From: an uncultured Acidobacteriota bacterium
Lineage (GTDB): Bacteria > Acidobacteriota > Terriglobia > UBA7540
Length of the DNA stretch: 64,000 bases
Direction of reading: 5' to 3'
Assembly (NCBI GenBank): GCA_963804995.1
Contig: CAWDSK010000003.1
Location: forward strand, 928,001-992,000
The stretch's first letter is position 1. Each line of letters opens with the position of its first letter. Made by a program: the position numbers and the translations under genes. Under the pieces are notes generated by a model. That model did not search any database. It was not told where the DNA came from and was given only the letters and a program-made list of their open reading frames with translations. Below, one piece after another: positions 1-9,525 of the stretch.

Positions 1-678
1 GCTCCGACCGCCGGTTGCACGATCAACGTTACATTCACGCCCACGGCGACTGGGAATCGAACGGGCACGCTGACCCTGACGGATAACGCGCCGGGCAGTC
101 CGCAATCGATTCAGCTTTCCGGCACAGGGATGGACTTTGCGATGTCAAGTTCCGCGATGAGCACTACCGTGGCGGCGGGGCAAACGGCAAATTACAGTAT
201 CACGGTGACGCCCGAGGGCGGGCTGAACCAAACGGTGAGTCTGACGTGTAGCGGCGCACCCACGCTCGCAACCTGCACGCTCACACCCGCTTCGGTCGCG
301 CTCAATGGATCGGGCTCCGCGCCGGTGGCGGTGGCCGTCTCAACCATGGCGGGGACGATGGCGCCACCCCTGGGAAAAGTTCCGCCACCGACGTTCCCGG
401 GATTCAGGGGAATGCTCTGGCTGTACGCTCTATTGCTACTGGCGGGCCTGGCGGCATTGGCCGGGGCCAAGAAGCCTCGAGCCGCCTACGGGCTTGCTTT
501 GTGCCTGGCAATGGTAATGCTCTGGAGCGCCTGCGAATTAGTGCAGGCGCCCCCAGCCACCCATACCCCCGGTACGCCCGCAGGTACTTTCCAGCTAGTG
601 GTAAACGCGACGGTGACCTCCGCCGCCTCGTCGACGAAAATCACGCACGCGCTCAACCTCTCCCTGACCGTGCAGTAG
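1..678 (+). CDS. Partial (5'-truncated) surface protein with Ig-like/choice-of-anchor-D-type domains and C-terminal membrane hairpin
   Basis: Frame open from base 1 (APTAGCTINVTFTPTATGNRTGTLTLTDNAPGSPQSIQLSGTG...) into the 130..678 ORF; same C-terminal layout as the 5761 and 9526 proteins. Confidence 0.85.
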   Translation, partial: APTAGCTINVTFTPTATGNRTGTLTLTDNAPGSPQSIQLSGTGMDFAMSSSAMSTTVAAGQTANYSITVTPEGGLNQTVSLTCSGAPTLATCTLTPASVALNGSGSAPVAVAVSTMAGTMAPPLGKVPPPTFPGFRGMLWLYALLLLAGLAALAGAKKPRAAYGLALCLAMVMLWSACELVQAPPATHTPGTPAGTFQLVVNATVTSAASSTKITHALNLSLTVQ

Positions 679-735
679 GGAGCTGGAACACTCGGCGTGC
701 TGATACAGGGTGTAGGTGTGCGAAGGGTACACCGC

Positions 736-1422
736 TCAAACGGCAAACTTGTAGCCTTGGCCGTGGACGGTCACGATGAACTTGGGTTGTTTAGGGTCGA
801 TTTCGAGCTTCTGGCGTAGCCAGGCAACGTGGACATCCACGGTGCGGGTGGAAGGAGCTGAGCTATAGCCCCAGACTTCCCGCAAAAGTTCATCGCGACT
901 GAGGGTTCTGCCCCGATGCTCGATGAGGTAGCGCAGGAGTTCAAATTCCTTGAAGGAAAGCTCGGCACGTTTGCCATCGCGCAGAACTTCCGTGCGCTGC
1001 AGGTCCACGCGAATAGGTCCCACGTCGTAGAACTCCACCCCGCCGCCCATTACCTCAGCGCCGCGCCGGAGCAAGGCTTCGACGCGCGCCAGCAATTCCA
1101 CCATTTCAAAGGGCTTGGTAAGGTAATCGTCGGCTCCGATTTTGAGCCCTTTAACCTTGTCACCCATCTGGGTCCGGGCGGTGAGCATCAGAATGGGCGT
1201 CACAATGCCGCGCCGCCGCAGCTCGCGGCACACCTCAAAACCCTCCATGCCGGGCAGCATCAAATCGAGGATGAGGAGATCGAAGCGACTGCGCGTGGCT
1301 AGCTCCAGGGCCTCAGCGCCATCGCCCGAGGCTTCGACCGCATAGCCTTCCTTGCGCAGGCGGTCGCTCAAGGTGACAACCAACCCGGGTTCGTCTTCCA
1401 CTAACAGGATGCGCGCACTCAT
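736..1422 (-). CDS. OmpR/PhoB-family DNA-binding response regulator
   Basis: Receiver motifs ILLVEDE, DLMLP, GADDYLTKPF; winged-helix TRTVDVHVAWLRQK, TVHGQGYKF. Confidence 0.95.
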   Translation of the reverse strand: MSARILLVEDEPGLVVTLSDRLRKEGYAVEASGDGAEALELATRSRFDLLILDLMLPGMEGFEVCRELRRRGIVTPILMLTARTQMGDKVKGLKIGADDYLTKPFEMVELLARVEALLRRGAEVMGGGVEFYDVGPIRVDLQRTEVLRDGKRAELSFKEFELLRYLIEHRGRTLSRDELLREVWGYSSAPSTRTVDVHVAWLRQKLEIDPKQPKFIVTVHGQGYKFAV

Positions 1423-1480
1423 ATCAGCTTAGGAATCTCCTCTTAGGGGTTGCGCAGGTCCGTTGGGATCGGCTAAGTGA

Positions 1481-1555
1481 CCCCCTCACCCGGCCCGCCC
1501 CGGCTGATGAAAACGCCGGTTGCGGTCCACCCTCTGTCGCCGCGGCGACCGAGGG
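1481..1555. repeat. REP-like palindromic repeat (CCCCTCACCC...CCACCCTCT...GAGGG family)
   Basis: Near-identical to 45497..45564, to the reverse complement of ~13570..13639 and to MITE cargo. Confidence 0.8.
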
Positions 1556-1639
1556 TTATAAATTCAAACTACCGTCCCCTGAAATTGCATATGCGAACAG
1601 TATTGCCACTTACACATAGCACCCCAGAAAGGCAAAATC

Positions 1640-3476
1640 TCACTCGGCGACGGGAAGGTGCAAGGTAAAAGCACTTCCCTCCCCGAGGCTGCTGGCCACG
1701 GTCAGTTTTCCTCCCATCGCCTCCACCGCTTCCTTGGCGAGACTCAGGCCCAGCCCCGCTCCATGTTTCTGCGAGGCGCGCGCGGCGCTTCCACGATAGA
1801 AGGGTTCAAAGATGTGCGGCAGTTCCTTCGGCTCAATCCCCTGCCCCCGGTCTTGCACGGTAATCAGAACCTCGCCGGCCTCAGGTCCCGAGCCCGGGTG
1901 GGCGCGAATGGCCATCCACTGGCCACCCGCACCATACTTCAAGGCATTGGTCATGAGATTTTGCAGGCAGCGGCCCAGGGCTTTGGGATCAGCCATGACC
2001 AGGGAAGATTTGGCGCAATCTCCTTCTCGACGGTGAAGCCGTTAGCCGTAGTCAAGTGGGCCAGGTCCGCGACGGCGGAATCAATGGTCTCCTCGACGGG
2101 GACGGGTTGCCGCTGGTAGTGCCCGCCCTCCCCGCGCGTGGCGGCAAAGAGCAGAACCTGCTCGATCATGGCGGCCAGGCGCTTGCCCTCGGTGCGAATG
2201 AGTGTGCCGTACTGTTTAACTTGCGGCCCGGAATCCACCACGCCGTCCGCAAGGTTTTCCGCCGCGGAACAAATCACACTCACCGGGGTGCGCAACTCGT
2301 GCGACACGCTGGCCACAAAATCCATCTGGAGCCTGGCAAGCCTCTGAACGCGCTGGCTCCAGACGAGGATTAATACCATGCTGACGGCCAGAACCAGCAA
2401 GGCTCCCAACCCCGTCAGCAGGTTGCGCCTCCAAGTGATGGCCACAGCCTGGCGCAAAGAGCCACTGCGGTGCCGGACCACCAGTTGCCAGTTGGCGGCC
2501 GCGGCGTCTGCAAAGATGGGAACGGGGAAGAAACCGCGCAGGGGCCCACCCAACTCACGCGAGGAGCCACCCGGCTCGCGAGGGGAGCGATTGAAATCTC
2601 CCCGAGGTGTCCGGAAGCGTCCGCGCCGTTCAGTAGGATTCCCTCGCCGGAGACCCTCCGGCCCCGGCTCAAAATCGGGACGGCGACGTGGGCCAAATAG
2701 AAATAGCGTCGCGTCCGCCGAAGCCACAAGATCCGCCGAAGGGTGGGGCTCCGACGCGTAAAGGAAATTAGGCGGGGCCGCGGCGTCTGCGATCGCTACT
2801 TGGTAAAAGAGACCCTCGGTTCCACCAAAGTAACGCTGCGCGAGTTCCGGAATGTAAACCTTCAGGAAGTAATCCCGGTTCAATTCTATGATCGCGAAAC
2901 CAGCCGAGGCGCAATCCGGCGGGCAACTGGCCTGGGGCGAAGCCGTTGTGAGGAGGGGATGGACCATGGCGAGCGACTGGCCCCGCAGTCGCCATCCAAA
3001 ATCAAAGCCCCGCCATGAGGGGACGCCTGCCAGGTCCGACATGTCACAGAGATCCCCGAGCCGAGATGGACATGCTTCCGCTTGAAAGCTGTAGGTCTGG
3101 GGATTGAACTCAGGAACGTATAACTTCCATTCTTTGGCTTTTCCCAGAGATAGAATTTCCCCACCAAGTCCCGGTGCTCGGAGGATCGTCCCCAGTCACC
3201 ACAATGCTGGGTATAGAGCGTCTCAAGATTATCCCCCGAGCCGAATCCTAGGTTCGAAAAGCCTCCACAGACCCCGGCCAGTTCAGCTCTCAAGCTCTCA
3301 CGAAACTCATTCATGCCTGTCTGGAGCGTGGCCTGCTGCCGCTGCCAGTCAGCGTTGCTGAGCTGATGGGTCCACCGGTACTGCAGAACCGCGAGCACGA
3401 CGAGCAGCGTGCCGAGGGCCACGATGAGGCCCAGGGATGCCAGCGACTGTTTGAGTTTGAACCCCATAACTTTCAT
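1640..3476 (-). CDS. Membrane sensor histidine kinase, split by two single-base frameshifts (~2003, ~3111)
   Basis: N-terminal TM helix (2886..3476 ORF); second TM and HisKA SVSHELRTP (1951..3042); HATPase NLMTNALKY, DRGQGI, GAGLGL (1640..1996). Adding one base at each junction gives ...FLEFNPQTY... and ...PNLPLVMADP... Confidence 0.88.
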
Positions 3477-3932
3477 AGACGTATCGGTCGCTCAACGCGC
3501 TACATGGGTTTCCGGCCTGACGTCGCACCGCAGGGTCGAAGGAAGAGGACCCGACCCTGAAGTTCACTCCTGCCATTTTACACCCGGCGGCCTGTCCCCA
3601 GGTTATCCGCCGGGAGGCCAGCGGGTACGAAAGACGGGCAGGGCGGGGATTGCCCACAGGCGTACAGGGCTTTCTCCGACACGGCGAAAAGTTCGGCGGG
3701 CTTACTTCTCATGGCAGGTCCTTAGGATATTGGCAGAGAGAATATACTGGCTACCGCCTCTGGTGACGGGCGTTTCAGGCTGGGGTCGATGCCAGTCGAA
3801 CCCGCGCTCCTAGCGGATGCGAGGGGCATGGAGAGGAGGGCTGACCTACCCCGAATTCTTCTGGTTTACCGGTTGGTTAAGCGGTGCGACCTCCCACAAT
3901 CATCCTCCGGTTAGAATCTTCCTTGGCGCGGG

Positions 3933-3962
3933 TTCACAAACTCTTGTTGTATTTGGTATAAT
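3933..3962 (+). promoter_or_regulatory. Candidate sigma-70 promoter (TTCACA-18-TATAAT, extended TG)
   Basis: TGGTATAAT at 3954-3962 in an AT-rich patch upstream of the co-oriented 4470-13407 genes. Confidence 0.4.
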
Positions 3963-4469
3963 CCTTGCGGTATTGTTCTGTGCGCGGGACTTGGTAAGAG
4001 ATTCACTGCAATCCAAAATCCAGGCTTTCTGGTCAGAGTGACGCAGAGTAGCGCCGCAGGGAAGCGTTAAGATTTTTGAAAAAAATTCACATGCCGCTTC
4101 AAACCCCAACGGGAGCGATACGCATCTGACCTTGCGGTGGTCACTGACCGGACCATCTTACACTGGGGAATTTGAATGAGCCGGCCGCTACTCGCAGCCC
4201 CGGCAGAAGGGGTGGCGCGCAGTTCCGGGTTTCCCTACTGCGCACACCGCGCAAGCCTTATGACCGGAGAACAAGAAGTGTGGTCCGGTGTCAACAAGTT
4301 TGGTTTTCGGCTTTAGAAGGATGCAACGGATCGTCATTCAAGCCACCCGACCAGGATTAGAAGTTGGCGAGGTGAAGGGCGCGCCCGGTTCTGTGATCAG
4401 GAAGCCCGCCTGCCTAGGGTCGGTGACTCCTCTTCAACAAGAAACTCGTTTGGGAAAGGGATACACGAA

Positions 4470-5648
4470 GTGAAGCCAATTTATACGCTCCTCCTCGTCA
4501 CGCTGTTGATGGCACATCCTGGAGCCGCCCAATCAACGCCCGATCAAAAACCCGCCGCGCCGGATACTACGGCCGCACCGGCTGCGCCCCCCGCGCCAGA
4601 TAAGACTGCCGCGCCTGACAAAACCGCCGCGCCGGAAGAAACCGAGAAGACGGGAAAACTCCACAAGCTGAATGTATTCCATAAGCGGAAGAAGACCCCC
4701 AAGGCGGAAAAATCCGCCAAAGCGGAGAAACCTGCCAAGGCGGAGAAACCCGCCAAGGCCGAAAAAGCCAAGGCTGAAAACCCCGATTCCCCCGGACCCA
4801 CTGCCTTTGTGCAGGTCGAAGGTAGCCACTTTAATATGGGCACGGTCCTCACCTACGACTTCAACTTCGGATACAGGTTCAATGAGCATGTCTCCGCCGA
4901 TTTCGGCATTCCGATCTATTCCACTCGCACTCCGTTCTCCGTCATCACCACCAAAGATTGGCGGGATACGACGATCCTTGGGGCGCCGTACATTGACGTA
5001 CGGTACGACACCAAGCGCGGCGACACGAACATCACCTCCATCCTGACGGGATCGGCCGGATTCAATATGGTCAAGACTTATTCCAACGGCCGGATGACAG
5101 TGGACTGGTTTAACCACTTTGATCGCAACTACCAGATCATGAACTACGACGCCAAGTTCACACCCTTTCTGAATTTCGGCTTCGGCACCGGCACGGTAGA
5201 CCGGCAGGTGATGCCCCGGCCGTACGAAGTCGCCCGCCCCTATGAAACCCTGGGCTACATCGGCAATGGTGAAGTCGGCGGGGATTTCACGGTCTGGAAA
5301 CATTACAAGTTGGGAGGGTCCGCCTACGGCCTTACCCCGGTGGGACCGCAGAAGATCTATAGCCGGCTGGTGTCGCCGGATTCGCTTTTGGGGGGCGATG
5401 GGCACCACAACCGTTTTTGGGATGAATTCTTTGAAACAGGCGGCGAGTATGTCAACACCTATGGCGGGGGGCCCTCGCGAATTGCCCGTGACAATGGCTA
5501 CGCCGCATGGCTTGAGGTCACCCGGTACAAAAATCTTAGCATTGAGGTCGCCTATACGAGGAGCGTGCATTACGATTATGGCGCCGCTTTTATCATGGTG
5601 CGCTTTAACTTGACGAACATTTTGCGGAATTTGACGACCGGCGAGTAG
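4470..5648 (+). CDS. Exported hypothetical protein, probable outer-membrane beta-barrel with low-complexity N-terminus
   Basis: Signal peptide; PDKTAAP and KAEKPA repeats; alternating aromatic/Gly strands (YDFNFGYRFN, LNFGFGTG, LSIEVAY, FIMVRFNL). Confidence 0.65.
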   Translation: MKPIYTLLLVTLLMAHPGAAQSTPDQKPAAPDTTAAPAAPPAPDKTAAPDKTAAPEETEKTGKLHKLNVFHKRKKTPKAEKSAKAEKPAKAEKPAKAEKAKAENPDSPGPTAFVQVEGSHFNMGTVLTYDFNFGYRFNEHVSADFGIPIYSTRTPFSVITTKDWRDTTILGAPYIDVRYDTKRGDTNITSILTGSAGFNMVKTYSNGRMTVDWFNHFDRNYQIMNYDAKFTPFLNFGFGTGTVDRQVMPRPYEVARPYETLGYIGNGEVGGDFTVWKHYKLGGSAYGLTPVGPQKIYSRLVSPDSLLGGDGHHNRFWDEFFETGGEYVNTYGGGPSRIARDNGYAAWLEVTRYKNLSIEVAYTRSVHYDYGAAFIMVRFNLTNILRNLTTGE

Positions 5649-5760
5649 CGGACACGTCGCCTCAAGACACATAGAAGCAAGAGCATGATTCCGTGGGTCG
5701 CCCGTCGCAAGACTGCTATCCAACCAACCGAGCGACCCCGAAGTAACGACAAGAGGACCT

Positions 5761-8700
5761 TTGAAAACTGAGAGTCGGTTCAGATTATTCCTCCTTCCTT
5801 TCGTGGTTGGAATTTGCCTGGTGCATTCCAGCCCGGGGTGGGCTGGCGACCCCGCCTCCCCCGACAAGATTCTTGCGCCTTCCCCCCTCCGGTCAGCTAG
5901 CTTGCCGCTCGGTTTCGAGGCCAACCAGGGGCAGGTGGATGAACAGGTCAAATACTTAGCCCGGGGACAGGGTTACACACTGTTCCTGACCCCTCGCGCC
6001 GCAGTACTCGGCCTACGCAGCGAGGGCGCCGGAAAGCCCACCGAATGGCTGCGCCTTGCCCTGGAAGGCACTGCCGCCGCACCCGCTATCACCGGGGAAA
6101 ACCCACTCCCTGGCCAGAGCCATTATTTCGTAGGCAACGATCCGGCCCGGTGGCGGACCAATATCCCCACTTTTGCCCGGGTCCGCTACGAGCAAGTATA
6201 TCCAGGGATAGATTTGATCTATTACGGCCGGCAAGGACGCCTGGAAAACGATTTTGAAGTGGCCGCCGGAACCAATCCCAAAAGGATTTCCTGGCGGCTG
6301 GAAGGGGCGAAACAGGTCCGCGTTGACTCGACTGGGGACCTCGTCCTGACCGTGGGCGGAAATGAGGTGCGCCTGCAACAGCCGCGGGCGTATCAACTGG
6401 ACGGAGAGCAAGAGCGGGAAATCCCCATCCGTTACCGGGTTCATGGTCAGAGAGTCAGCTTCGCGCTGGGCAAGTATAATCGGCATCAGAAACTGGTCAT
6501 TGACCCTGTCCTTACTTACTCAACTCTCCTCGGCGGCAGTGGTGGCGACATCGCGTACGGCATGGCCGTCGACTCATTGGGCAACACCTATGTTACGGGC
6601 GTCACGGGCTCCATCAACTTCCCCACCACGGCCACCGCTTTTCAGGCGACGTACGGGGGTGACGGCGACGTTTTTGTGACCAAGTTCAATCCCACTGCCA
6701 CCGGGGTCCTCTTCTCGACTTACCTGGGCGGCGCGGGAGCTGACTCGCCCAGCGGCCTCCTGCTCAACTCATCTGGAAATATCTATATCGTTGGTTCCAC
6801 TTCATCGTTGAACTTCCCCACCACGGCCACCGCTCCCCAGCCAGCTTATGGCGGCGGTGGAAGTGATGCCTTCCTGGTGGCCCTCAAACCTTCTGGCTCA
6901 TCGCTGCTTTACTCCACCTATCTGGGAGGAACCGCGGCGGATTACGGCATGGCACTGGCGCTCGATGCCACCGGGAATGCTTACATCACTGGGTATACGC
7001 TCTCCACCGACTTTCCCACCTTTAATCCTATCCAGCTTGGCAATGATGGCTCCTATGATGCCTTCGTGGCGGAGGTCGACCCCACCGGAACGAAATTGCT
7101 CTATTCCACCTACCTGGGAGGTTCGAGCGCCGATTATGGCACCGGTATCGCGGTCGACGCCTCCGGGAATATTTATGTCGGCGGGTACACATTCTCAACG
7201 AACTTCCCCACCCAAAGCGCTTTTCAAAGTACGCTGGCCGGTGGCTCCGACATCTTCATCACTGAGCTGAATCCGGCCTCCTCGACATTAGTGTTTTCCA
7301 CGTATTTGGGGGGAAGCTCGAATGAAACACTCTCCGCCCTCGTTCTAGATTCACACGGAAGCATCTACCTGACGGGCGACACGCAATCCAACAATTTCCC
7401 TGTGACCGCCAATGCTTACCAGGCCACGAATCACGGTGGGCCAGGAGACGCTTTTATCACCAAGCTCACACCCGGCGCCTCAACTCTGGTTTTCTCGACG
7501 TATTTCGGGGGCAGTGGGGTGGACCACGCGGCTGCGTTTGCGATCGACTCAGCGGGGGATGTTTACCTGACAGGATTCACGCAGTCGACTGACTTTCCTC
7601 TGGTCGATGCATTCCAAAAGATTCTGGGCATCGCCGGCGCAGGCTCCTGCGGGTCAACTTCCCTGATGAATTCGCCCCCCCCGGTGGTTTGTGCTGACGC
7701 CTTTGTCACCAAGTTCAACCCCTCGGGGGTCCCTATCTATTCCAGCTATTTGGGCGGAGAAAATACGGACGCCGGCCAGGCGATTGTGGTTGACTCCTTG
7801 GGCTCGGCCTATGTGGCGGGCGGTACGGAGTCACCCAACTTCCCAGTCACTCCTGGTGCCTACCAGTGGTCCTACTTGGGCGGCGACACGTTTAACAACG
7901 TTTTCGTGGTTAAGATCGGTCCTCAGGACGCCCCCTCCTTGGCGTTAAGCCCTCAGCAGATCAACTTTGGGAATCAGGCGCTCAACACCCCCAGTAATCC
8001 AACTACCGTTACGTTAACGAATGAGGGCAGTGCGGCGTTGGCGATCCAGGGTATCACTGCGGGCCAAGGGTTCTCCCAAACCAACACCTGTGGCACTTCG
8101 CTAGCGGCGGGGGGAAGTACGTGTAGTCTCCAAGTTACCTTCACGCCTACCCAAGCCGGTCCGCAAACCGGTGAAGTCACTATTACTGACAACGCGGCGG
8201 GCAGCCCCCACTTCATTACAGTCTCGGGGAGCGGAATCCTCTCGGCCGGGTCATTGAGCGTGTCGCCGACCACGCTGGCATTCCCGGCACAAGCCGTCAC
8301 CACCACCAGCTCTCCGCAAACGGTACTGATTGTTAATAATGGAACGTTGGCCGTCACCATTACCAACATCGCTGCAGCAGGATTCTTCGAACAAACAAAC
8401 ACCTGTGGGACTCTCCCCCTGGTCCTGAACGTGGGCTCTTCCTGCACGGTCTCCATAACCTTTACACCCACCGGGAGCGGAAACTTTACGGGCAGTCTGA
8501 CCATCACATCCAACGCTGCGAATAGTTCGTCAGTGTCGCTTTCCGGGACCGGCATTCCCATCTTCAATCTTTCTGCCAATACGCGGTCAAGCGTCCTTGT
8601 CATCGGCACCACCTCCACAACGTTCACCGTTTCTGCCTCGGCCCCGAGTTCATTCATCGGAAGCATCTCACTCGCCTGCAGTGCGTCGGGTTCCACATCA

Positions 8701-9420
8701 ACCACCTGCAGTTTCAGTCCGGCCGCGATCACGGGTGGGCAGTCCAGCACGGTCACGGTGAAAGGCCTCTCGGCAAGCACGGCGAGTCCCTTGAATGTCA
8801 CGATCACGGGGACCTATATAAATCAATCCGCCTCCGTTGCCCTCACCATCTTTCTTGCGGATTTCGCACTCTCCGCCACACCCTCGGGGGCTACGGTCAC
8901 GGCCGGTAATAACGCCACTTACACAATTACCGTCACGCCCTCGAATGGGTTTAGTCAGGTCGTGCTCCTGAGTTGTGGCAACCTGCCACAAGATGCTGTC
9001 TGCTATTTTGCGCCGCCTGGTTTAACTCTGAACGGTTCAACCTTTGCCACGAGCGTCCTAACCATAACCACCGTAACGCAGTCGGGAGTGGTGCGCCAAC
9101 CCCCGCGCGGTGGTATTCCACCCGGATTCCGTTGGTGGGCGTTGATGCTGGCGACATTAGTTCTGGTAATCGGGTGGGCGGCAGGCGCCGGCAGGTTGGC
9201 ACGGGGTCTTCGGCCGCGGCTTCGGGTGGTGGTTTTGTTAACTGCAATCATCCTGGTGGCCTTGGGAGTGGCGTGTCAAAATTATTACAACCCGATCAAC
9301 ATCACTCCCGTGGTGAATGGCACCCCTTCAGGGAACTTCACCATCCCGATCATCGGAACTCTGGGAAGTGACAATAGCGTTAGGCGGGCTACAACGGTCA
9401 ACCTCTCAGTTGCACCGTAA
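5761..9420 (+). CDS. SBBP beta-propeller-repeat surface protein with Ig-like domains
   Basis: Signal peptide; FEANQGQ N-terminal domain; repeated YSTYLGG...D.G..IAVD..GN.YVTG.T.S.NFP units; Ig repeats (VTFTPT, TITDNAAGSP); C-terminal TM hairpin. Confidence 0.9.
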   Translation: MKTESRFRLFLLPFVVGICLVHSSPGWAGDPASPDKILAPSPLRSASLPLGFEANQGQVDEQVKYLARGQGYTLFLTPRAAVLGLRSEGAGKPTEWLRLALEGTAAAPAITGENPLPGQSHYFVGNDPARWRTNIPTFARVRYEQVYPGIDLIYYGRQGRLENDFEVAAGTNPKRISWRLEGAKQVRVDSTGDLVLTVGGNEVRLQQPRAYQLDGEQEREIPIRYRVHGQRVSFALGKYNRHQKLVIDPVLTYSTLLGGSGGDIAYGMAVDSLGNTYVTGVTGSINFPTTATAFQATYGGDGDVFVTKFNPTATGVLFSTYLGGAGADSPSGLLLNSSGNIYIVGSTSSLNFPTTATAPQPAYGGGGSDAFLVALKPSGSSLLYSTYLGGTAADYGMALALDATGNAYITGYTLSTDFPTFNPIQLGNDGSYDAFVAEVDPTGTKLLYSTYLGGSSADYGTGIAVDASGNIYVGGYTFSTNFPTQSAFQSTLAGGSDIFITELNPASSTLVFSTYLGGSSNETLSALVLDSHGSIYLTGDTQSNNFPVTANAYQATNHGGPGDAFITKLTPGASTLVFSTYFGGSGVDHAAAFAIDSAGDVYLTGFTQSTDFPLVDAFQKILGIAGAGSCGSTSLMNSPPPVVCADAFVTKFNPSGVPIYSSYLGGENTDAGQAIVVDSLGSAYVAGGTESPNFPVTPGAYQWSYLGGDTFNNVFVVKIGPQDAPSLALSPQQINFGNQALNTPSNPTTVTLTNEGSAALAIQGITAGQGFSQTNTCGTSLAAGGSTCSLQVTFTPTQAGPQTGEVTITDNAAGSPHFITVSGSGILSAGSLSVSPTTLAFPAQAVTTTSSPQTVLIVNNGTLAVTITNIAAAGFFEQTNTCGTLPLVLNVGSSCTVSITFTPTGSGNFTGSLTITSNAANSSSVSLSGTGIPIFNLSANTRSSVLVIGTTSTTFTVSASAPSSFIGSISLACSASGSTSTTCSFSPAAITGGQSSTVTVKGLSASTASPLNVTITGTYINQSASVALTIFLADFALSATPSGATVTAGNNATYTITVTPSNGFSQVVLLSCGNLPQDAVCYFAPPGLTLNGSTFATSVLTITTVTQSGVVRQPPRGGIPPGFRWWALMLATLVLVIGWAAGAGRLARGLRPRLRVVVLLTAIILVALGVACQNYYNPINITPVVNGTPSGNFTIPIIGTLGSDNSVRRATTVNLSVAP

Positions 9421-9525
9421 GCAGCCGCCCCTTATTACATACGCTCATCGCGCTGATCAACGCCAGGCGAGTGCGAAAAAAAGAGAAAGACTATCCAAGA
9501 TTGATGAATTCCGAGGAGGCCCGTC

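Noticed and set aside
3480..4470. Known riboswitch (c-di-GMP, cobalamin, TPP)
   Set aside because: Consensus cores not found by eye; an Rfam scan would be needed
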